Assembly (NCBI GenBank): GCA_963752565.1
Contig: CAVVZC010000019.1
Coordinates: 21,447 to 85,446, forward strand
From: an uncultured delta proteobacterium
Lineage (GTDB): Bacteria; Desulfobacterota; Desulfobacteria; Desulfobacterales; UBA11574
Direction: 5' to 3'
DNA: 64,000 bases
Part shown: positions 57,445 to 64,000 of the stretch, in pieces
Position numbering within the stretch: position 1 is the stretch's first letter
Layout: each line of letters opens with the position of its first letter
Made by a program: the position numbers and the translations under genes
Notes under the pieces: generated by a model
Seen by the model: only the letters and a program-made list of their open reading frames with translations
Told to the model about the DNA's origin: nothing
Database searches by the model: none

Positions 57445-59163
57445 TTATTGGTTTACTTGGAGCAATTTTGATTGCTGTTCCTCGGCGCTCCACTCTCTTT
57501 CCGATAAACTTATAATGTTTTGCTTATCTATATTATCTGAAAAAGGTTGGTCGGCCGTTTCGGTGCTGTTGGCTATCAGATCCACAATATCTTGAACGTA
57601 TGTTTCTTTTTTATCGTAATTTTTATTCACCCAACGGGATTCTATGGTTTCCGGGTTAATAAGCGGACGCTGTAACATCTTTTCATAAAGATCTATGTAA
57701 TGTTGAGCAGTGACCCTATGATTGAATCTGCAAGCACTTTGCAGCATTATCCGATTGATTTGCTGTTCCTTTTCTTTAATCGGCAACATATAAAAGTTCA
57801 TTGCCTGATCAATAGCCCAGGACAGCCCTTCCTGGTCGAACGTCTTGAACAGGAAGCCGTTGCCGGCGTTTCTATCTACATCCAAGTGGACTACTGTATC
57901 GTGAATCCCGCCGATATCGTGGGCTACTGGAAGGGCCCCATAGATAGATCCTATCATCTGCGGAAGACCGCAAGGCTCAAAACTTGAAGGCATTATCACA
58001 AAATCCGAAGCCCCATAGGCCAGGCGGGACAAACGTTCGTTGAAACCATATATTGCTATCCGGTCAGACAATTTGTGGAATCGAACAATCTCTTTAAAAT
58101 GCCTTTGAAACTCCCCGTCTGCTATAAAGACGACCTGAAGATTTTGTTTCCAATAGCGGGAGACTATTTTATAAAGTATCTTAGCCAGCACCTGACACCC
58201 TTTCTGGATCGGGTCCAGGCGCGAGGGCCAGAAGAAAATGGGGGCCTGGATATTCTGGATCAAACCTAAAGTTTCCTGAAGAATATGTTTGTTGGTCTTT
58301 TTCCCAAAAACATGGTCTGTTGCGGAATATTTACAGGGCAGGGCCTCATCAGTAGATGGGTTATAGGAAGGATCAGGGGCGTTTAAAATCCCGACAGCAC
58401 ATCCAGCGTTGCATTTGTTGGACAGCTCTCTTTGCATGGAATATTTCACAAAACCGTGCCGTCCCTCAACCATTTCTTTCAAGAATTGCTGGCTAACAGT
58501 ATTTACAAAATGGGCTGCAAAAACCCCACTTGTGAGAAAATCTATTGGAATTGAGTCTCTGGTGTTTTCGTAGTTGGAAGGGAAATGTTCAAAAAAAAGA
58601 CTGTGCCAGAACGAAGCGCTGTCAATACCCCTGTCTTCAATTTCAGAAAGGAGGCATTTAACTGTATGGATATTGTGAATAGTAAAAAGGCAGGGAATAT
58701 CCAATTGCCTTGCCATGCCCGGAATCAAACCTGTCGTCCAATCATTGCAATGGATAAGATCCGGCTGAACTCTGGGAACGATATTGTTGATAACCTCTCG
58801 CTGAAATGCCAGTGAAACTTTAATGTTTTCAAACTCACAACCGGAATAGATATCATTACGATAGAAAAAAGCCCTGTCCTGGGCCAAATGAATTCTTTCG
58901 TCAGGTACGCTTTTTCTTATTGCACTCAGTTCCCTTCTAACAATTGGAGACAAATGACTGTTGAATATTGAGCGATAGTCCGGAAGTGCCACATGGACAT
59001 CGGCACCCTGATTGTAAAGTGCACTTATTAAAGCTGCCGAGACATCTGCAAGACCTCCTGCCTTGGCATTCAGGCCATTTGAATTTTGCCCCATGCCATC
59101 AGGAAGATAGGTGACTTCAGGAGTCACTATAAGAACTCGGGGGTTGGTTGAAGGCCCGGTCAT
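57445..59163 (-). CDS. GT5 glycogen/starch synthase-like glycosyltransferase with C-terminal extension
   Basis: VLIVTPEV...KAGGLADV near the N-terminus, then PSSFEPCGLPQM. About 90 extra C-terminal residues are present. Confidence 0.85.
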   Translation of the reverse strand: MTGPSTNPRVLIVTPEVTYLPDGMGQNSNGLNAKAGGLADVSAALISALYNQGADVHVALPDYRSIFNSHLSPIVRRELSAIRKSVPDERIHLAQDRAFFYRNDIYSGCEFENIKVSLAFQREVINNIVPRVQPDLIHCNDWTTGLIPGMARQLDIPCLFTIHNIHTVKCLLSEIEDRGIDSASFWHSLFFEHFPSNYENTRDSIPIDFLTSGVFAAHFVNTVSQQFLKEMVEGRHGFVKYSMQRELSNKCNAGCAVGILNAPDPSYNPSTDEALPCKYSATDHVFGKKTNKHILQETLGLIQNIQAPIFFWPSRLDPIQKGCQVLAKILYKIVSRYWKQNLQVVFIADGEFQRHFKEIVRFHKLSDRIAIYGFNERLSRLAYGASDFVIMPSSFEPCGLPQMIGSIYGALPVAHDIGGIHDTVVHLDVDRNAGNGFLFKTFDQEGLSWAIDQAMNFYMLPIKEKEQQINRIMLQSACRFNHRVTAQHYIDLYEKMLQRPLINPETIESRWVNKNYDKKETYVQDIVDLIANSTETADQPFSDNIDKQNIISLSEREWSAEEQQSKLLQVNQ

Positions 59164-59202
59164 GATATGCTGTTCCTTATGATCTCTAACCAGCTACGAT
59201 AA

Positions 59203-59490
59203 TCAGCACACTTGCTTCCAATTTTGTGCTAACTGCCGTTCATTTTCTCCGATAAAAATAAGGTTGCCGAGTCGCTTTAAGGCGCCAAAGTTTTTTTGAA
59301 ATACTTCCCTACCAAATGCATGGACGGTTTTAAGGTCATCAGTGTCAATAAAAATTTGATAAAATTCGGCTCCATGGTCTCTTAAAGCATTGATCAATTC
59401 ATATGCAGAATTTCCATCAAAATCACCATCCAATTTCAGATGAAGACTGTTTTTGGTTTTATAAGATAAAATTTGAAAATTTGATGCCAT
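59203..59490 (-). CDS. Small STAS-like hypothetical protein
   Basis: 95 aa; LHLKLDGDFDGNSAYELINAL has an anti-sigma-antagonist-like pattern. TAGGAG RBS. It lies 39 nt upstream of the GlgA-like gene. Confidence 0.5.
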   Translation of the reverse strand: MASNFQILSYKTKNSLHLKLDGDFDGNSAYELINALRDHGAEFYQIFIDTDDLKTVHAFGREVFQKNFGALKRLGNLIFIGENERQLAQNWKQVC

Positions 59491-59637
59491 GGTCTACTCC
59501 TAAAATTCTGTTTTTTAGGCATATAGTAATGCCATTCATGTTTCCGCCACTGCGAATCTTCGGTTTTAAACAGTCCGGTGGCAGCGGATTTCGGTTTCAT
59601 TTCCAGTTGAGATTAGCTTGTCAGGATTATGGTTCGA

Positions 59638-59922
59638 TCAGGTTAAGAACACTGTTGTAGTCCCGAAACAATTCAGGCAGGTCTGGTCATTTTGGGGATC
59701 TTCTTTCGATTGCCTGTCAACCAGAAACTTATATTCGTATCTTCCCGGAGAAATCACCACACTCTGATTACACATCCCAATTTCATCACTTTTCATGGGG
59801 TGCTTTTTTGCATTCCAATTATTAAAATCCGCTATCAGGATGACCTCTTTGGCATCGCTTGATTCAAATGAAAATGTCACCCTCCGACGTTTAATTTTCT
59901 GTTTTGATTTTACTTTTGTCAT
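59638..59922 (-). CDS. Standalone CBM48 / AMPK-beta-like glycogen-binding domain protein
   Basis: VTFSFESSDAKEVILIADFNNWNAKKHPM....PGRYEYKFLVD is a typical CBM48 sequence. GGAGAGG RBS lies before ATG 59922. Confidence 0.75.
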   Translation of the reverse strand: MTKVKSKQKIKRRRVTFSFESSDAKEVILIADFNNWNAKKHPMKSDEIGMCNQSVVISPGRYEYKFLVDRQSKEDPQNDQTCLNCFGTTTVFLT

Positions 59923-59999
59923 CTGAAACCTCTCCGTTATCCTCAGTTGCAAGTCCCTTTAGCTGTCTGGACATCTTCAGAAACTCCATTTCTTTTGGT

Positions 60000-61187
60000 T
60001 TAATCCTGATACACATGTGCCCGAGTAACCGGCAAAGTATTGTCCAATCCTTTGGAGACAAGAATCTGAAACAGGCGAGAATTGCCGTACTTAAATCCTG
60101 CTGCCGTACTGTTTAAAAACAGACGCCATTGCCTCACAAACCCTTCATCAAACAATTGCCTTACCTTGTCTATATTTCCTTCGAAATTTTCTGCCCACTT
60201 TTCAAGAGTTTTGGCATAGTGCAGCCGCAAATTTTCTACATCCAGGATGGAAAAACCGGTTTTTCCCATTTCTTTCACAATTTCGTGAAGTGTCGGGATA
60301 TAGGCCCCGGGAAAAATATAACTAAACGTCCAAGGATCTCCGGCAGACGGGGCATCTTTTCCAATGGTATGCAGCAGAGCCAACCCGCCGGTTTTTAACA
60401 AATCCGAAACTTCTTGAATAAAAGTAGGGATGAATCTTTTCCCTACGTGTTCCATCATACCTATGGAAACTATTTTATCGAATTTCCCGCTTAAATGTCG
60501 GTAATCCTGATATAAAACCTTAAGCTGATTTTGAAGCCCCAATTCTTTGATTTTACGATTGGCGTATTGGAACTGATTTTTCGATAGCGTAATTCCAACT
60601 CCGGTTATGCCATATTTCCGGGCTGCATAGATAAGCATTCCGCCCCAGCCGCAACCAATGTCGAGAAGGGATTCATTCGGCTTGAGTAAAAGTTTGCGGG
60701 CAATATGTTCGTATTTGTTCAATTGTGCCTGTTCCAGAGAATCGTCCGGCTTTACAAAATACGCACAAGAGTAAGTCATGCTCTTATCAAGATAGAGTGC
60801 ATAAAATTCATCGCCCTTGTCGTAATGGTAAGAAATGTTTTTGGGGGCTTGTCGAAGGCTATCGCTGTCTATCAGCGAAAGGATAAGAAGTCGAAATTTT
60901 TGCCAGAAAGATAACCGGTAATCGTCAAAATCAATGGCGAATCCCATACGAAAAAGTATTAGAAGATCGTTCTCTATTTCCAGATCTCCCTTCACATAGG
61001 ATTCTCCAAACCCTAAAAACCCTTTTCTGATGATTTTTTTGGCGCAACTTTTGGTTTTCAGGCGTAATGTTACCTGTGGAAAGTTTCCAAAGCGTATGGC
61101 ATCACCATCCCAGAATTCTATGGCAAAGCATGCCCTTGGGTCAGATTGATGCATCATTTGGGCGATATTTTTGATAACCTTTTTCAT
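60000..61187 (-). CDS. cfa: Cyclopropane-fatty-acyl-phospholipid synthase family SAM methyltransferase
   Basis: HYDKGDEFYALYLD..MTYSCAYF and LDIGCGWGG (SAM motif I). Confidence 0.88.
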   Translation of the reverse strand: MKKVIKNIAQMMHQSDPRACFAIEFWDGDAIRFGNFPQVTLRLKTKSCAKKIIRKGFLGFGESYVKGDLEIENDLLILFRMGFAIDFDDYRLSFWQKFRLLILSLIDSDSLRQAPKNISYHYDKGDEFYALYLDKSMTYSCAYFVKPDDSLEQAQLNKYEHIARKLLLKPNESLLDIGCGWGGMLIYAARKYGITGVGITLSKNQFQYANRKIKELGLQNQLKVLYQDYRHLSGKFDKIVSIGMMEHVGKRFIPTFIQEVSDLLKTGGLALLHTIGKDAPSAGDPWTFSYIFPGAYIPTLHEIVKEMGKTGFSILDVENLRLHYAKTLEKWAENFEGNIDKVRQLFDEGFVRQWRLFLNSTAAGFKYGNSRLFQILVSKGLDNTLPVTRAHVYQD

Positions 61188-61386
61188 ATGGCATAAAAAG
61201 GTTGTGATTAAAAGAATTGTGATTTCATCAGGTTGTGGATTTTCCGAAACATTTAATTAATACCAGAATATAATTCAATTTGTCCATAGAGGGGTGGCTT
61301 CATTTTGATGGTGTGAATTCCTAAGGGCGGGAATTTATCCCAAACAATCGGGAGAAAAACTGATAATATAGGTTTTTAAAGTAGGC

Positions 61387-62064
61387 TTATTCTTTCCACA
61401 GATCAACGTCGATAATTCCTAACTTTGCGGCATATCGAATCAGCTCTATGGTACTATGGAGGTTCAGCTTGCGCAAAATATTTGATCGATGGTTCTCAAC
61501 AGTTTTGGGGCTGATGAAAAGCTTTTCTGCGATCTCTTTGGAGGAAAGCCCTTCGGCCAGTAACACCATGATCTCTTGCTCTCGGGAGGTCAAAGTGTCA
61601 TAGCTCGCATTCGTTATTTTCGCCTCTTTTTTCGGGAATTGCATAAGCTTTTCAACCACCTTGTGGGAGACAGAACTGTCCATGAAATATTCTCCCTCCA
61701 AGACAGTATCCATCCCTTGTATGAGTCTTTCAGGGGCCGATTCCTTGACCACATATCCTGTGGCACCGGCCTGAAATGCCTTAACAATATAATCCACTTT
61801 GGAGTGCATAGTGATAATCATGATACGTGTTTTCAACGATGCATTCTTAAGTTCGCGAGTTAGTTGAATGCCGCTTTGATCCGGCAAGGACATATCCACC
61901 AGTGCAAGATCAGGCTTGAGTTTTTTCGCCAGCCGGAGTCCTTCACGCCCGTTTCCCGCCTCGCCAACCACCTCAAATCTATTGTCACGTCCTATAATAG
62001 TTTTGAGGCCTTCCCTGAAAAGGGGATGATCGTCTATAATCAATATGGTTTTTTTATGAGCCAC
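61387..62064 (-). CDS. NarL/LuxR-family response regulator
   Basis: KTILIIDDHPLFREGL, LALVDMSLPD, and a LuxR HTH (LTSREQEIMVLLAEGLSSKEIAEKLFISPKTVENHR). The GTG 62064 start overlaps the kinase stop. Confidence 0.9.
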   Translation of the reverse strand: MAHKKTILIIDDHPLFREGLKTIIGRDNRFEVVGEAGNGREGLRLAKKLKPDLALVDMSLPDQSGIQLTRELKNASLKTRIMIITMHSKVDYIVKAFQAGATGYVVKESAPERLIQGMDTVLEGEYFMDSSVSHKVVEKLMQFPKKEAKITNASYDTLTSREQEIMVLLAEGLSSKEIAEKLFISPKTVENHRSNILRKLNLHSTIELIRYAAKLGIIDVDLWKE

Positions 62065-63976
62065 TCTTTTTGTCCTTATAAGGAAGCTTAATAGAGATCT
62101 TTGTGCCCTGCATCGGCCTTGATAGGATTTCCATTTCACCTTGAAGCAATTTAACCCTTTGCTCCATGCTCCGAATTCCCATTCGCTTCTCTTTTGTTAT
62201 GGTTGCCAATCGTTTCTGCACATCAAAACCTCTGCCATTATCTTCTATACGAAGGATAATGTTAGGGAAAGCTGCGACCAGCTTGAAGGTTACATTGCTG
62301 GCATCGGCGTGCTTTTTGATGTTAACAAGACCTTCTTGAATCAGGCGATACAGGTTGATTTCGGTGTTAAAATCCAATTTTAAATCTTTCATGCCGGCAG
62401 AATGGAAGTCAACGTTTATTCCATTGTCCTCATAAAAATCATCACAATACTGAACAAGGGCCTGAACAAGCCCCAATTCATCGAGAACCGGGGGCCTCAA
62501 ATCATATGAGAGATTTCGGACCTCTTTAATGCATTCACGAAGCGCTTTTGACATTTCGGAAACTTTTTGCCTGATCTCAGGGCGTATAGAAGGCTGATTG
62601 TCAAGAAGTGTTTCACAGTCGATTATCAAGGCGGAAAGGTTTTGCGCCATGTTGTCATGTAGGTAACTAGAAATCATCTGCCGCTCACTTTCCTGAGCCT
62701 TTATTAGTTCCTGGGTGAGGACGTGAACCTGTTCTTCGGCCCGTTTTCGCTCGCTGATATTGTGCATTGACCCGATGATTTTTATAGGATTACCATGTTT
62801 ATCGCGTACCAGTTTTGCAGTTATCGAACAATAGCCTTTAGCGGCATCTTTATCTTTTAGAAGAATTTCATAATCCACGACTTTTCCATTTTTAAGAAGC
62901 TCTTTTACAAATTCCTCTCTTTTTTTCGGATCAACATATATGTCGTATAATGAATGCCCTATGATTTCTTCTCGTTTGTAGATAGAAATCTCCTCGATCG
63001 AGGGACTGATTTCTAATATTATTCCATCAAGGGTTACTTCATAATAAACATCTTGGATATTTTCAAAAATGTTACGATACTTCTCTTCGCTCTCTCGCAG
63101 TTCCTCCTCCGCTTGCTTCCGTTCGACAATTCTTCCCGCCAGCCCTGCAATAGCAATGATCAACTTCCTTTCTTCTCTAAGGAAAGGACCCTCATCAATT
63201 TCCGGTTTTTCTTCCAGGTAATAAACCTCCAAATTGCCGCTCAGTTCACCATGAACTTTAATGTCGCTGGCCTGCTTCCAAATTGTCTCCGGGAAATTTT
63301 TTGTTTTCCATTCTCGGCCTTGTATAATGAGTCGTGCACAGGTGATTTCAGGGTACTGCCACGAGGGGGGAATAAGATCAACTATCCCCTGAAGTATCTC
63401 CTCCAACGAAATATCCTGCTGCTCAACAAGCTTGGAAATACCATAGAGGCAGTTCAGCTCCTTGACCCGTTCGCTAAGATCATGGGTCTTCTTCTGCAAC
63501 TCCTTCTCGGCGCGCTTGTGCTCTGTGATGTCTATCACTATCGAGCGACTTTCAATAATATTCCCATCATGATACCTTACCGGTTCAACTAAAAGGCTTA
63601 TCCAAATGGGATACCCGTCCTTATGTTTCATCTGCATCTCAACGCCTCGTATTGATTCCCCTTTCTTGAAACGTTTGAAAACCTCTTGGGCCTTGGATAT
63701 TCCATGAGGATTATCAGCATAAAGGTCGAAAACCTTCATTCTCATTAAAGTATCTCTGTCATATCCGAGCAACTTCAAAGCCGCAGTGTTGCACCTTAAA
63801 ATGGATCCATCCTCAGCGCTGACAGAGAAATATGCATTTGGTGCATTCTCGTATAGATCATGATATTGTTCTTTACTCTTCCCAAGCACCTCCTCCAACT
63901 CCTTGTGTCTAAGTGCTTCTTTCTCTAATTCTTTAACCTTTTGTTCCAATTCTTCATAGGTTGGTTTTTTAACCAT
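62054..63976 (-). CDS. Cytoplasmic PAS-containing sensor histidine kinase (HisKA_3 / HATPase)
   Basis: Two PAS regions flank an ELNCLYGIS-containing sensor module, followed by H-box YLHDNMAQNLSAL, then NIKKHA, DNGRGF and GIRSMEQR. GGAGGA RBS lies 7 nt before ATG 63976. Confidence 0.9.
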   Translation of the reverse strand: MVKKPTYEELEQKVKELEKEALRHKELEEVLGKSKEQYHDLYENAPNAYFSVSAEDGSILRCNTAALKLLGYDRDTLMRMKVFDLYADNPHGISKAQEVFKRFKKGESIRGVEMQMKHKDGYPIWISLLVEPVRYHDGNIIESRSIVIDITEHKRAEKELQKKTHDLSERVKELNCLYGISKLVEQQDISLEEILQGIVDLIPPSWQYPEITCARLIIQGREWKTKNFPETIWKQASDIKVHGELSGNLEVYYLEEKPEIDEGPFLREERKLIIAIAGLAGRIVERKQAEEELRESEEKYRNIFENIQDVYYEVTLDGIILEISPSIEEISIYKREEIIGHSLYDIYVDPKKREEFVKELLKNGKVVDYEILLKDKDAAKGYCSITAKLVRDKHGNPIKIIGSMHNISERKRAEEQVHVLTQELIKAQESERQMISSYLHDNMAQNLSALIIDCETLLDNQPSIRPEIRQKVSEMSKALRECIKEVRNLSYDLRPPVLDELGLVQALVQYCDDFYEDNGINVDFHSAGMKDLKLDFNTEINLYRLIQEGLVNIKKHADASNVTFKLVAAFPNIILRIEDNGRGFDVQKRLATITKEKRMGIRSMEQRVKLLQGEMEILSRPMQGTKISIKLPYKDKKSGS

Positions 63977-64000
63977 CTGAAGATCCTCCAATTGAGAAAA

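Noticed and set aside
63053-63592. 179-aa plus-strand ORF
   Set aside because: It is antisense to the PAS histidine kinase gene and has a low-complexity F/L/N-rich sequence.
1-64000. Search for CRISPR arrays, rRNA/tRNA genes, transposases, integrases and prophage modules
   Set aside because: I saw no regularly spaced direct repeats, no rRNA- or tRNA-like sequence and no ORF with transposase, integrase or phage structural motifs. Compositional heterogeneity at 22.3-26.6 kb and 49.7-51.9 kb is the only hint of accessory DNA.

Overview
The window reads as a chromosomal segment from an anaerobic, probably sulfate-reducing Desulfobacterales-type deltaproteobacterium. That lineage call is inferred from gene content only. 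About 60 protein-coding genes are supportable. I found no rRNA, tRNA, CRISPR array, transposase or integrase. Main blocks, left to right:
- 1-4.2 kb: redox module with rubrerythrin, flavodoxin, ferredoxin, 2-oxoacid:ferredoxin oxidoreductase and a NifU-like protein.
- 4.3-9 kb: NhaA antiporter, a glutaryl-CoA-dehydrogenase-like ACAD and a Kv-type K+ channel.
- 9.3-19.2 kb: the most interesting region, a convergent inositol-centred cluster. It holds myo-inositol-1-phosphate synthase, a histidine phosphatase, an MshA-like GT4, a PIG-L deacetylase, a CelD-type GNAT, two Gfo/Idh/MocA oxidoreductases (one fused to a ThuA-like domain and frameshifted) and two S51/GATase1-like proteins. One S51-like protein carries a CysRS-type C-terminal module. 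The set resembles a mycothiol/bacillithiol-like GlcN-inositol conjugate pathway.
- 20.3-22.3 kb: biotinyl protein plus GcdA-like carboxyltransferase.
- 22.3-26.6 kb: A/T-rich stretch with a HEAT-repeat protein and an HD-GYP protein that share an N-terminal module.
- 26.6-28.6 kb: an AOR-family gene broken by about 13 single-base indels.
- 28.7-41.5 kb: transport and regulation block with USP, a TAXI-TRAP system, two LivK-like binding proteins, LivGF without permeases, an MFS transporter and a NarL-type two-component system.
- 41.6-49.7 kb: assorted enzymes and a 610-aa LOG/SLOG-like fusion protein.
- 50.0-51.4 kb: an orphan ParA with a small ParB-N-peptide-like partner.
- 52-55 kb: adenosine deaminase and CstA.
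- 56.7-59.9 kb: a glycogen-related operon with a standalone CBM48 protein, a STAS-like protein, a GlgA-like synthase, an Asp-less receiver and an Hsp20-like protein.
- 60-64 kb: CFA synthase and a second NarL-type two-component system.
Two long structured inverted-repeat elements lie in intergenic DNA at 9163-9254 and 34084-34249. All functional calls rest on motif and family recognition by eye. No database search was run.
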